From the NCBI GenBank assembly GCA_024346625.1, contig AP024664.1:4216001-4280000 (forward strand): 64,000 bases of DNA. Reading direction: 5' to 3'. Shown here piece by piece: positions 1 through 10,907 of this stretch (position 1 is the stretch's first letter; each line of letters begins with the position of its first letter). The DNA is from Williopsis jadinii (Eukaryota). The notes beneath the pieces were generated by a model. It ran no database searches. It was not told the DNA's origin and saw only the letters and a program-made list of their open reading frames with translations. Position numbers and translations under genes: made by a program.

Positions 1-537
1 ATGAAACGGATTCTCCCAGATGTTAGCTAAGCATAAGGAGGAGTGAACAGGAGTTCGTAGAGAATTGAGTTCAAACGGTATAGAAGATTTTGTCACACAG
101 GCAGCTCTTACGACACCTGATTAACACTATCTCGAAAGTTATTTTGAGATAATAGAGAAGATTCGGCGTTCCTTCAAGAGCACGGTCGAACAACAGAAGT
201 TTAGAGAGTTCATCTCTCATGGTGGTTTTGGTGGAGTTGCTGATGCTATCCAGGTGACTATGAATATTGCGGGAGAGAATCGCTCTTATAGGAGTGTACT
301 GATGAGCGAATCGATGGAAATCTGTGCAAGAGTCTTTTTGTTCTTCCTTCTTTATTGTTCACCCTCATCACCTTGTGGTTTTCCCAAATCAACACTCGGT
401 TTAACAATCAGAGATGAAATATCCTTATCAGTAGGTCTACACAATGGACCAGCTTTATGCTCAAGGATTAAATGCTCTTTTATTTGATGGAGTTTAACTG
501 CATCTAACCAAGCCCACCGATTTCTCATTAATATTTG

Positions 538-1470
538 TTAAACCTCTAATAGTATATAGCCCATGTCCGTTTCATCGTCAGTGGTGTTGTAGACCACTTC
601 ATTATCCTCCCATGCATCATGAAGTTCCACATGTTCCCTTGAAGCTTTCGATTCATTTTCATTGATCCCATAGAAGGGTACCTTTATACGCCTCTTCTCT
701 CTATGTACTGTGGCTGTGGTGATTCCATTCAATTTACAGAACTCTTCAACGTCGATAACTGTGAGTTCACCCTCTGAATCTTCAATCTCAATTATCTCAT
801 CCGGTTGTTCCTCCTTGTGGTCCAATAGAGGCAGTAGGCACTGACTAAGAGTGATTGCAGAGTCAAAATCATCCGTTTTGACAGCAGTTGGAGTTGTCCC
901 ATTACACATCGATGAGTCCTGCAAATCCACGGGTGCTTGACTTGCAACTGACCATAACTGTATATTTCCGTCATCTTTGGTCATATCACCTTCACCAATC
1001 TCTTCCTTGATCACCCTACCGTCATTCGTTAATTCATCATTGTTCCCATAGTGACACTGTCCATTCAAATGGAGGCTAAACCTTACAGTCTGCCACTCTT
1101 TAGAATCGAAGACATTGTCATAGTCCCTCGACAAGGGCACATCGACGGAGTTCAACCCTTGTGTATGTATCATACGGTTGTACTTCTGTGGTTTACCACT
1201 CAATTTCAGAATCATCTGTTCTGTAACACTCAAATTGGCCTTTTTCCTTCTATTCGACGGCTTCTTCTTGGTGCCTTTCTTCTTACTCTCGGGTTTACTA
1301 ACCTCTAGAGCACCACTTGACAAAGATGAAGACGACAACGGTACCGGGGGAACATTCATAAACTTCTCCAGGAGAGTCTTCCTCTTCACCTTCAGCTCTT
1401 CCTCCATTTCAATATCATCTAGCCGTGACTGGATCTGAGTAGAGATGAAGATATCGTCCGAGCTCGACAT
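538..1470 (-). CDS. SLX4: SLX4-like structure-specific endonuclease scaffold (short, possibly 3'-truncated)
   Basis: N-terminal FISTQIQSRLDDIE and internal LWSVASQAP resemble motifs I recall from yeast Slx4. No clear C-terminal SAP/CCD domain within the ORF. Confidence 0.45.
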   Translation of the reverse strand: MSSSDDIFISTQIQSRLDDIEMEEELKVKRKTLLEKFMNVPPVPLSSSSLSSGALEVSKPESKKKGTKKKPSNRRKKANLSVTEQMILKLSGKPQKYNRMIHTQGLNSVDVPLSRDYDNVFDSKEWQTVRFSLHLNGQCHYGNNDELTNDGRVIKEEIGEGDMTKDDGNIQLWSVASQAPVDLQDSSMCNGTTPTAVKTDDFDSAITLSQCLLPLLDHKEEQPDEIIEIEDSEGELTVIDVEEFCKLNGITTATVHREKRRIKVPFYGINENESKASREHVELHDAWEDNEVVYNTTDDETDMGYILLEV

Positions 1471-1628
1471 TGTTGTTACTTCACACCGTGCTGATATCTC
1501 ACAATATCACACAATCAGAGCATATGGCATCCAACCCCTGTAGGTGTTCATGAGAAGAAATGAACAGTTGAAGATGATGTTTGACTTTGTTTACGTACTT
1601 TTCTCTCTATTTTGGAGGAGCTAAAACG

Positions 1629-1753
1629 TCACGTGTGGTATCTATCCATATCACATGACACATTACATAATGATGACATAAATATTACATAATCACTGAC
1701 GCGAAAAAAAGAAATGCGTATAAACTTTTCGTGTTTTGGAAGTTTTCACGCGT
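1629..1753. promoter_or_regulatory. Divergent promoter with CACGTG, TTACATAA and MCB elements
   Basis: CACGTG ~1630; TTACATAA twice (~1663, ~1685); ACGCGA 1699-1704; ACGCGT 1748-1753. Lies between two genome-maintenance genes. Confidence 0.55.
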
Positions 1754-1824
1754 CGGTATCAAGCATCAACTTGTGGTGTTTTTCTCATATCCGGGTTGAA
1801 AGAGTTAGTAAAGGTATCCAATTC

Positions 1825-3360
1825 ATGAAGGAAGAAGTTGTCGAGATGAATGATAACGAGTCCGTTGAGCTTTTGAAGATCCAAGAACTAGGAAATACAT
1901 CTGAAATTACTGTGGTTAGCGTTGATGATGATGATACATCATTGCCCGTTCCAGCACAAACTTCTGAGAGGAAGCTGACCCCCAAACAGCTCGAGAAGCT
2001 TAAGGAGAAAGAGGAAAGGGAGAGAAAGAGACTGGAGGAGAAACTCAACAGGGAAAGGGCAAAAGAAGAAGAGAAGAGACTGAAAGAGGAGAAGAGACAG
2101 CAACAGCTGTTGGAGAGGAAGAAGAAACAGGAGGAGAAGGATAGAATCAAAAGGGAGAATGAACTGAAGAGAGAACAGCTGAGAAAGGAGAGAGAGGAGA
2201 AGGAGAAGCAGAAGCAAGAAGAAAAGCTGAAGAAAGAGCAGGAGAGACTACAAAAGGAACAGGAGAAGAAGCTCAAGGAAGAACAGGAGAAGAAGAAAAA
2301 AGATAAGTTGAAGATCAGTAATTTCTTCAAACCAAAGACCTCTGTCAAGTCGACATCGGTGCTGATACAACAGCAACAGCAGCAACAGCAAGGATCAGAC
2401 CACAGGTTGAGGGAGAATGACTATCGTAAGTCGTTCAAACCTTTCTTCATTCGTGAGGGAGTGACACTAGCTGGAGACTTGTCAAAGGAACAGCTGACCG
2501 AATCTGTTAATGACTTTGATAAGGCTCTTGAGAACGAGTGTTCACAAAGCGACTTGTTGCAATGGTTCAGATCACTCCCTGTGTTAAAGGAGGAGGGAGA
2601 AAATGAAGGAGCGACTGCACAGTATATCTATGAGAATGGACTGACAAGTGCACCAATCCGTATAAAATTCATCAAGTTTTACGAAAGTGTAAAGAGTTGG
2701 ATAGGATCATACACCCAAAGTTGCCATGGATTGGGCTCTGACCCTCTTAGAACCTTGGATAAGGAATTCATCGATTTCGATGACGTTATCGATGAAGATG
2801 ACGATGGTGAGGGAGAAGATATAGATGATGAGGATGATGACGAAGATGAGGATGACGACGACGAAGACGAGATGACTGATTTCCTCGAAGAAGATAACAA
2901 CGGTGGTAACAGCACAGAACAGAGGAAGAAGATCCTTGGACCACTCATTCCAGTAATAACATGGGGAAGTTCTGACCAAACATCGGCTGGTTGTATCAGA
3001 TTTGAAGTCTTGAAACCAAATGTTTCACTTCCATTGGATCCATCATTCAATTATTGGCAAACACAGCAACAACAGAGCAATGGTGGTAATGCAGAAACAC
3101 CATTGAAGAAGAAATCAAAGACGATGATCACTGACCGTGACGATTTAGAGAAGTTTGCGGACAAAGTACACGATTGTGAGTTTAGCATTCCAACAATGGT
3201 TGAGATTCTGAAAAAAGAGTTACCAAACTATACAAAGATTACAATCGAAAACACCTTGAGATCGTTAGCCACCAAAGTTGGAAGCAAACAAACAGAGAAG
3301 AAGTGGCAAGTGGACCATGATTCTTTGAACAGGCTATGCAGTTTGCAGCCAAAGGAATGA
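1825..3360 (+). CDS. RLF2: Chromatin assembly factor 1 large subunit (Cac1/Rlf2)
   Basis: Long K/E/R coiled coil, PIP-like KISNFF, IKFIKFYE motif, acidic tract, C-terminal winged-helix-like region. Neighbour of MCM4 as in S. cerevisiae. Start placed at ATG 1825 (1846 also possible) because MCB sites lie in the upstream extension. Confidence 0.9.
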   Translation: MKEEVVEMNDNESVELLKIQELGNTSEITVVSVDDDDTSLPVPAQTSERKLTPKQLEKLKEKEERERKRLEEKLNRERAKEEEKRLKEEKRQQQLLERKKKQEEKDRIKRENELKREQLRKEREEKEKQKQEEKLKKEQERLQKEQEKKLKEEQEKKKKDKLKISNFFKPKTSVKSTSVLIQQQQQQQQGSDHRLRENDYRKSFKPFFIREGVTLAGDLSKEQLTESVNDFDKALENECSQSDLLQWFRSLPVLKEEGENEGATAQYIYENGLTSAPIRIKFIKFYESVKSWIGSYTQSCHGLGSDPLRTLDKEFIDFDDVIDEDDDGEGEDIDDEDDDEDEDDDDEDEMTDFLEEDNNGGNSTEQRKKILGPLIPVITWGSSDQTSAGCIRFEVLKPNVSLPLDPSFNYWQTQQQQSNGGNAETPLKKKSKTMITDRDDLEKFADKVHDCEFSIPTMVEILKKELPNYTKITIENTLRSLATKVGSKQTEKKWQVDHDSLNRLCSLQPKE

Positions 3361-3599
3361 TTCATCTCTATTATGCACACCGATATCTGGAAACAACATA
3401 GAGTCACATACGATGAAAGTGAAGAGGAGTGATTGGCCAAGGTCAAATAGCCCTATGGATACTTCGATAGGGAGCCTGTGGCTCAGATGCAGAGACATTG
3501 ATCTGCGATGCAGCAGTGTCTCAAGTTCCACTGCCTGAAGAGATTTTAAAGGAGTGCTATCTAAGGAGTCCAGGTGCCGCATGGGCTTCGCTCTCCCGT

Positions 3600-5720
3600 C
3601 GTATGAAGCTATCTAAGGATGAAGCTATTGATACATTTGTTGATAGTACCACTTCTTGAACCGTCTTCATATTGAGTGATTTCCAGACCAACAGTTGGTA
3701 ATATCAATGAATTTGGAAAAGAAAGTCCTAGTGATGAGTATGTAGACTTGGTTGCTGTTGAGTTCCCTTGTATGTCATCCACAGGATTATGTGAATCATC
3801 CAGTGTATCGGTGGAATCATATGCTGTTGAGCCTTTCAGTCTTTTTGTCAGGGAGTATATCACAACATCTTTCGATATGTCCTTCAATATGGCTGTGAGC
3901 AAATCTATGAGCGAATTGTCGAGTCAGTGATCATTGCTGTTATCCGTATCATTATCCTCTGAGTTATTAGTTGAATTGTCAGAATCCTCAGAATTGTCTA
4001 CGGAATCTTTGGTGTCTTGCGAATCCAGTGAAGCATCTACTGAATATTCCAGTAGATCGTTAACAAGATCGTCAACAAGATCGTCAGAATCATTAACTCA
4101 GTGATCAAGTGGATCTTCAAGTGAACACTCCAGCGAGCCCAGCGAGCCCGGTGGATCATTATTTGACTCTTCATCTGAAGTATCATCTGAATCGTCATCG
4201 GGATTGTCAAGCAAGTCTTCTGTGCCTTCTGTTGAATTAACTGGATCCTCAGCTGAGCCCCCCAGTGAACCTCCAACGACATCCTCTGATGCTGCAAACT
4301 CAACGTACAGCTCGACATTTACAGGAACACCAAATACCTAAGAAGGGAATGCTCGAGATTCTGTTATTACCTGGGTCTGAGTATTCCTGCTATACTTGGT
4401 CCATTGATACAAGTGGAAGTTATAATCACCAAGAATGACACTTATAACGGCGGATTCGTTTATACAGATGCTCTTGCACATATCAACAATGAAATCCCAC
4501 ACAATGAGAAGCTTTCATTTGTTATTGAAAGCGAAGTCACTACCGACAATGTATGGGTATTGCATGCACGCATTGCAATCACTACTTTGGACAATCATAG
4601 GCTGGTTAAGAAAGCTGTTGTTGCTTGGAACCTGGAGACCACTGTTACCGGCATGGCAGTTTTGTCATCCAGTGGAGAATCTAGTTAACCTTCCGGTGAT
4701 ATTTATACTGTGTCTTCAACTGGGTCAAGTTCTATGTCTTCCATCGAGTCTTCTAGTGAGTGTAACAGTAAGTTTTCTAGTGAGTCCCCATTGATCACAT
4801 CAGGAGCGTGTGGTACACATAGCTCAGACGACGCCATGTCAACGGGACTGCCACCACTGTTATCACCAAAGGCCTGTTTAAAGATGATCAGCGTACTGTT
4901 GAAGAGGTAACCACCGGTGTTATCGTTGCAATCACAGTCGAACAGGAAATGTTACATCTTAACCACCAACGGCGTAATCACAGCAGAACCCATGCCAAAG
5001 AGGGAAATGAGTACCACCATACTAACCGTAACTTCCTGTGAGGATAATCACTGCAATGAAGTTGTTGTCACCACTGGTGTGACAACTGTGTCTGTTGTCG
5101 ACAAAGGTGAGCTTACACCACACGCTGAAGCAACGAAGGATGGTGTGTCCACCACAGTTCCCATGACAACCCATTGTACCAACGATGTTTGCCTTGAGGA
5201 GATGATCACTGCGCACATTTCAATTGCCACAGGCACCTTCAATGGCGTTGAATCTACATACACAACTTATGCTTCCTTTGATTCAGGTGGAAGCCACACC
5301 AAGGAGACGGCTCTAGCCGTCATCACTTCTGTGGTGAAGTCTTGTCGTGACGAGTCATACACTGAAATGGTTATTACTCCCACAACTACACAAGTCGTGA
5401 CGCTCTCAGTGGCCTCACGTGGACTGAGTACAGCTGAAACATAGGACATTCTACAAGGTGACGACAGTGGAGCCGTTGGCACAGAAGAAACTGTCGATGC
5501 GAATGCTACTCCAGTCTCATTGAATGCGTACATCGCTGCTGAGAGTACGACTGGAACAGAGACAAGTGGCACGGTCGCACCATCGTACTAGGCAGTCTCT
5601 GGAGGGAGCACTGCTCCAGGCTCAGCTGGTGCCACACGAGCTTCTCTGACCGTACGCAAGGGCTCTATTTCGGGAACATTGTACACGGCGCCATTGTCCT
5701 TCATCTTGTCGGTCTTTTAG
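3600..5720 (+). pseudogene. Decayed GPI-anchored flocculin/adhesin gene
   Basis: Ser/Glu-rich frame broken by stops (3930, ~4104, ~4341). A second frame (stops at 4688, 4910, 5444, 5591) carries flocculin type-3-like repeats (TILTVTSCEDNHCNEVVVTTGVTTV; TTHCTNDVC...TYTTY) and a GPI-signal-like end (GSISGTLYTAPLSFILSVF*). 5' boundary approximate. Confidence 0.75.
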
Positions 5721-5907
5721 GTCTCTGAGATGATACATATCTATAAGTAGAGCCCAGGCTTCTTTGTAAAGTGGGTGAATACACCGTTGTAGGTGGTTAA
5801 AAATATCGGTAGATCAAACAGGTGATCGATACCAGAGTTTCCTGTTTCTTTTGGTGCGTCTATTGACCGTGTAACTCCCCCATAATCTATTTACCATTGA
5901 ACAGACA

Positions 5908-5960
5908 GTTTACACGTCGTTACGCGTGCTTTCCTAATCGGGAAAATTAATTAGACGCGT
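5908..5960 (+). promoter_or_regulatory. MCM4 cell-cycle promoter: ECB (Mcm1) site, homeodomain site and two MCB elements
   Basis: ACGCGT at 5922-5927 and 5955-5960 flank TTTCCTAATCGGGAAA (5930-5945), which is followed immediately by TAATTA (Yox1/Yhp1-like). Confidence 0.75.
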
Positions 5961-6045
5961 TTTTCCACACGTCAACAGAATTTTTTTTAGAAACCCACAA
6001 AAGCCACAAAAACAGCATCACCAATATCAACATCAACAACCACAA

Positions 6046-6083
6046 AAACAAAGCGGTGTAAACAAAGCGGTGTAAACAAAGCG
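6046..6083 (+). repeat. 14-bp tandem repeat AAACAAAGCGGTGT (about 2.7 copies) forming two GTAAACAA forkhead-like sites
   Basis: Direct reading of the sequence upstream of the MCM4 ATG. Confidence 0.8.
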
Positions 6084-6108
6084 ATCTTTCACTAAGCGCT
6101 TCATCACA

Positions 6109-8862
6109 ATGAGTTCACCAAACGATTCACAACACGGCGAGGGCCAACCGCCGGTGCCATCCTCGCCGTTGTTCGTAGCGCCATCCTCAGACGTTGAGTC
6201 CACAGCACAGGAGCAGAGGAGAAGAGCCGCCAACGCTGAAGTGAGCTCCCCGTTGTTCTTTCCTTCCTCCAACCCAGGCTCCTCCATCGGTCAAGATGGA
6301 GCAGGCTCAGGAGCAGGTGTCAGCTCTCCTTTGCACTACTCTTCAAGCGCCTTGGGCAGTGAGGGAAGAGGCAGAACTGATCATACCGACCTTGCCAGTG
6401 ATATCCGCTCTGACATCAACGCCAGACGCCGTGCTGAGAATCTCCGCCATATGAGAGGTGATATCCACGGCTCTGATCTGTCATCACCAAGGCGCCAACG
6501 TCGTGAGGTGCCGCAGGACATGAATATTGGGAGCAGCTCGAACTTGAATAGTGGATTGTCTGATGGTGTCGGTGGTGACGTTGATGCACAGGAGGATAAC
6601 GTTAGGGTTATTTGGGGTACGAACGTTAGTATCGTTGAAGTGACGCACAAGTTCAGAGACTTCTTGACGGGGTTCAAGATTCGCCATAGAAAGCAGCTTG
6701 ACGGTGATGACGTGGATGCCGACTTCGACGGCGACGATGAAGATTTGTACTACATCAAACTCATGAATGAGATGCGTGAGTTGGGGACCACCAATTTGAA
6801 CCTGGATGCCAGAAATTTGTTGGCGTACCCTGCAACTAAGAAGCTATATCAACAATTACAGGATTATCCACAGGAAGTCATCCCGATAATGGACCAGACA
6901 GTAAAGGACTGCATGGTTCAACTAGTGATGGATAACGATCTCGACTTTGAGATTTCAGAGATTGAAGGTAGTATTTACAAGGTGAGACCGTTTAACGTTT
7001 CCACTCAAAAGGACATGCGTGAGTTGAATCCAGATGATATCGACAGACTAGTCTCCATCAAGGGAATCGTTATCAGATCAACACCTGTGATTCCAGACAT
7101 GAAGATCGCGTTCTTTAGATGTAACGTTTGTGAACACACCACGGTGGTTGAAATTGACAGAGGTATCATACAGGAGCCAACGGTGTGTCCACGTAATGCT
7201 TGTGCACAACCCAACTCGATGATCCTTATACATAACAGATGCTCCTTTGCGGATAAGCAGATTATCAAGGTCCAGGAGACTCCGGATAATGTTCCAGACG
7301 GTCAAACTCCACATTCCGTTTCTTTATGTGTCTACGATGAACTCGTTGATAGCATGAGACCCGGTGACAAGATTGAAGCAACTGGTATCTTCAGATCTAC
7401 TCCTGTTAGAGTCAATGCAAGACAAAGAGTCTTGAGATCGCTCTACAAAACTTTTTTGGATGTTGTGCACATTAAGAAAACCGACAAAAGACGGTTGAAC
7501 ATTGACACTTCTTTAAACGTTGATTCTGATATTTCCAGAAAGCAGGACGTTGAAGAGACTAGAAAAATCACCGAAGATGATATTATAAAGATTAAGAGCG
7601 TTGCAAACAGATTGGATGTTTATGAGTTGCTTGCAAGATCTGTTGCACCAAGTATCTACGAACTGGATGACGTTAAAAAGGGTATATTGTTGCAGTTGTT
7701 TGGAGGTACTTCGAAAAAATTCACCAAAGGTGGTAAATACAGAGGTGACATAAACGTTTTGCTTTGTGGTGACCCATCTACATCGAAGTCACAACTGTTA
7801 CAGTATGTTCATAAGATTGCACCAAGAGGTATTTATACATCTGGAAAAGGGTCTTCCGCTGTGGGTTTAACAGCTTATGTTACGCGTGATATCGACACTA
7901 GACAGTTTGTGCTTGAATCTGGTGCTTTAGTTTTAAGTGATGGTGGTGTCTGTTGTATTGATGAATTCGACAAGATGAATGAGTTTACAAGAAGTGTTTT
8001 GCATGAAGCTATGGAACAACAAACCATTTCCATCGCCAAAGCTGGTATCATCACAACGTTAAACGCTCGTACATCTATCTTAGCATCGGCCAACCCTGTT
8101 CACTCTAGATACGATCCAACACTTCCAGTGACTAAAAACATTGATCTTCCACCTCCGTTACTGTCAAGATTCGACCTTGTTTATCTATTGTTGGATAAAG
8201 TTGACGATCGTATGGATCGTATGCTTGCGAAACACATCACCAATATGTACCTCGAAGACACTCCAGATAACGCTGCGGAGACGGAAGTCTTGCCTGTTGA
8301 GTTCTTGACGATGTATATCGGATATGCAAAGCAGAACTGCTTCCCAAAATTGACACCTGAGGCTAAGGATGAATTGGTTAAATGTTATGTCGATATGCGT
8401 AAAATGGGTGATGATTCAAGGGCCAATGAAAAGAGAATCACTGCAACAACAAGACAATTGGAGAGCATGATCAGATTATCAGAGGCTCACGCAAAGATGA
8501 GACTCTCTGAGCTTGTCGAGCTAGGCGACGTTCAAGAAGCCGTGAGGTTAATCAAGAGTGCTATTAAGGATTACGCGATGGATCCCCTAACTGGTAAAAT
8601 CGATATGGATTTGGTTCAAACTGGTCAAAGTTCCACTGAAAGACGTCTGAAGGAGGACTTGACAAATTCACTGTTCAAGTTCATCGAGGAATTACCAGAT
8701 AATTCCATCACATTCAATAACCTTATATCAGAGTTCAACAAGCAATCCCAACTTAATGTTGAAACCGTTGAAATGTCCGAGGCTTTGAACAAACTTGTTT
8801 CCGATAACCGTGTCAGCATCAGTGGTGAGGGAGTGAGACGTGTGATACACAGAGTATTATGA
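6109..8862 (+). CDS. MCM4: Replicative helicase subunit Mcm4 (Cdc54)
   Basis: SSP-rich N-terminus, IWGTNVS, zinc finger, Walker A GDPSTSKS, IDEFDKM, SRFD arginine finger. Confidence 0.98.
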   Translation: MSSPNDSQHGEGQPPVPSSPLFVAPSSDVESTAQEQRRRAANAEVSSPLFFPSSNPGSSIGQDGAGSGAGVSSPLHYSSSALGSEGRGRTDHTDLASDIRSDINARRRAENLRHMRGDIHGSDLSSPRRQRREVPQDMNIGSSSNLNSGLSDGVGGDVDAQEDNVRVIWGTNVSIVEVTHKFRDFLTGFKIRHRKQLDGDDVDADFDGDDEDLYYIKLMNEMRELGTTNLNLDARNLLAYPATKKLYQQLQDYPQEVIPIMDQTVKDCMVQLVMDNDLDFEISEIEGSIYKVRPFNVSTQKDMRELNPDDIDRLVSIKGIVIRSTPVIPDMKIAFFRCNVCEHTTVVEIDRGIIQEPTVCPRNACAQPNSMILIHNRCSFADKQIIKVQETPDNVPDGQTPHSVSLCVYDELVDSMRPGDKIEATGIFRSTPVRVNARQRVLRSLYKTFLDVVHIKKTDKRRLNIDTSLNVDSDISRKQDVEETRKITEDDIIKIKSVANRLDVYELLARSVAPSIYELDDVKKGILLQLFGGTSKKFTKGGKYRGDINVLLCGDPSTSKSQLLQYVHKIAPRGIYTSGKGSSAVGLTAYVTRDIDTRQFVLESGALVLSDGGVCCIDEFDKMNEFTRSVLHEAMEQQTISIAKAGIITTLNARTSILASANPVHSRYDPTLPVTKNIDLPPPLLSRFDLVYLLLDKVDDRMDRMLAKHITNMYLEDTPDNAAETEVLPVEFLTMYIGYAKQNCFPKLTPEAKDELVKCYVDMRKMGDDSRANEKRITATTRQLESMIRLSEAHAKMRLSELVELGDVQEAVRLIKSAIKDYAMDPLTGKIDMDLVQTGQSSTERRLKEDLTNSLFKFIEELPDNSITFNNLISEFNKQSQLNVETVEMSEALNKLVSDNRVSISGEGVRRVIHRVL

Positions 8863-9342
8863 TACCTTTGAAGAAGATTTCTTTAACTAAATCAATCTGT
8901 TAATAAACTCTCAATGCTGAGAACCTGACTAACTATTCTATTAGATTGAACCCATATCATAGATTGTAAAAAAAATGTTGATGAATGAGGATGGACTACA
9001 ACAGAAAACAAAAAAAAAAACATGCTATGATTCATCCAAACACCCATTAACCCTTGTACCAATCCATGACCATGTTTCCCCGTATTTATGTTCAGCCAGT
9101 CATGTTTCACCGGAAGCGACGTCGGATTCGAAAAAAAAAATCAAGAACCCCCCAACCATTGTCCCCTTTCCATTTACCCTGGCAGCGTTACTTAAATTCC
9201 CACCGGTACAAGCCACGCACATCTGTTTCTGGTCAATTTGTTTCCTTTTCTTCCTTCCAACTTCGATTGAAATCACAGTTCCTTTATTTGAACGTTCAAT
9301 TGAAATCGTAAAGAGAAACAACCCAGAGTTTAGAAACAACTA

Positions 9343-10797
9343 ATGCTTCGTTACAGAACAACTGCTAGATCATTCCACACTACCGTTAGAGCCATGTCTC
9401 AAGCTTACAGAGTCGAGTCTGATGCCTTTGGTGAGCTGAAGGTGCCAGCAGACAAATACTGGGGTGCACAAACCCAAAGATCCTTCCAAAACTTCAAAAT
9501 TGGTGGTGAACGTGAAAAGATGCCAGAGCCTGTTGTCAGAGCCTTTGGTATCTTGAAGAAGTCCACTGCCATTGTTAACGAAGAATTGGGAACTTTGAAG
9601 CCAGAGTTGTCCAAGGCTATCCAACAAGCTGCTGACGAGGTTGCCCAAGGTAAGCTCAAAGACCACTTCCCATTGGTTGTCTTCCAGACCGGTTCTGGTA
9701 CGCAATCCAATATGAACGCCAATGAGGTTATCTCCAACAGAGCCATTGAGATCCTCGGTGGTGAGTTGGGTTCCAAGAAGCCGGTTCACCCAAATGACCA
9801 CGTGAACCAATCTCAAAGTTCCAACGATACTTTCCCAACAGTGATGCACATTGCAGCTGTCACTGAGATCAAGCACCATTTGATCCCAGAGCTCGTTGCC
9901 CTCAGAGACGCTTTGCAAGCAAAGTCCGAGGAGTTCAAGGACATCATCAAGATCGGTAGAACCCACTTGCAAGATGCCACTCCATTGACTCTTGGTCAAG
10001 AGTTCTCTGGTTACGTTCAACAACTCACCAACGGTATCGGCCGTGTTGAGAACGCGTTGATCAACTTGTCCTTCCTTGCTCAAGGTGGTACTGCTGTTGG
10101 TACTGGTCTTAACACCAGAAAGGGCTTTGCCGAGGCTGTTGCTGCTCAAGTATCCAAGGAGACAGGCCACGAGTTCAAGACTGCTCCAAACAAGTTTGAA
10201 GCTCTCGCTGCTCACGATGCCATTGTTGAGGCATCTGGTGCTTTGAACACCGTTGCTGTTTCTCTTTACAAGATCGCCAACGATATCAGATACTTGGGCT
10301 CTGGTCCACGTTGTGGTTACGGTGAGTTGTCTCTTCCAGAGAACGAGCCAGGTTCCTCCATCATGCCAGGTAAGGTCAACCCAACTCAAAACGAGGCCCT
10401 CACCATGGTTGCTTGTCAGGTCTTTGGTAACCACTCTGCCATCACCTTTGCCGGTGCCTCTGGTCAATTCGAGCTTAACGTCTTCAAGCCAGTTTTGATC
10501 TCCAACTTGTTGTCATCAATCAGACTCATCGGTGACGGTGCCAACTCCTTCAGAATCCACTGTGTTGAAGGTATCGTTGCTAACAAGGACAAGATTGAGA
10601 AGACTTTGCACGAATCTCTCATGCTTGTTACCGCTTTGAACCCAAAGATCGGTTACGACATGGCTTCTAAGGTTGCTAAGAACGCTCACAAGAAGGGTCT
10701 CACTTTGAAGCAAAGTGCTCTTGAGCTCAACGCCTTGACTGAGGAGGAGTTTGACGAGTGGGTCAGACCAGAGAAGATGATTGGTCCAAAGGATTAA
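9343..10797 (+). CDS. FUM1: Class II fumarate hydratase
   Basis: [13 protein letters not shown] signature, [11 protein letters not shown], Arg-rich mitochondrial presequence, strong codon bias. Confidence 0.98.
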   Translation: MLRYRTTARSFHTTVRAMSQAYRVESDAFGELKVPADKYWGAQTQRSFQNFKIGGEREKMPEPVVRAFGILKKSTAIVNEELGTLKPELSKAIQQAADEVAQGKLKDHFPLVVFQTGSGTQSNMNANEVISNRAIEILGGELGSKKPVHPNDHVNQSQSSNDTFPTVMHIAAVTEIKHHLIPELVALRDALQAKSEEFKDIIKIGRTHLQDATPLTLGQEFSGYVQQLTNGIGRVENALINLSFLAQGGTAVGTGLNTRKGFAEAVAAQVSKETGHEFKTAPNKFEALAAHDAIVEASGALNTVAVSLYKIANDIRYLGSGPRCGYGELSLPENEPGSSIMPGKVNPTQNEALTMVACQVFGNHSAITFAGASGQFELNVFKPVLISNLLSSIRLIGDGANSFRIHCVEGIVANKDKIEKTLHESLMLVTALNPKIGYDMASKVAKNAHKKGLTLKQSALELNALTEEEFDEWVRPEKMIGPKD

Positions 10798-10907
10798 TGA
10801 ATTCTTCTCTGAGGTACATAGGCCAACAAAAACTTTTGTTGTTATCTCACTTAACGTTAAGATGATATACGTATATATATTCTCCATTAGCAATTATGTA
10901 GATGCGT

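Noticed and set aside
3600..5720. Stop-codon reassignment to explain the interrupted frames
   Set aside because: All three stop types interrupt the relic, and intact genes in the window end normally in TAA, TAG or TGA.
9370..10467. 365-aa ORF antisense to FUM1, and similar shadows over xanA, PMT2, the amine oxidase and 25338-26285
   Set aside because: Expected by-product of codon bias or high GC on the coding strand; no protein motifs.
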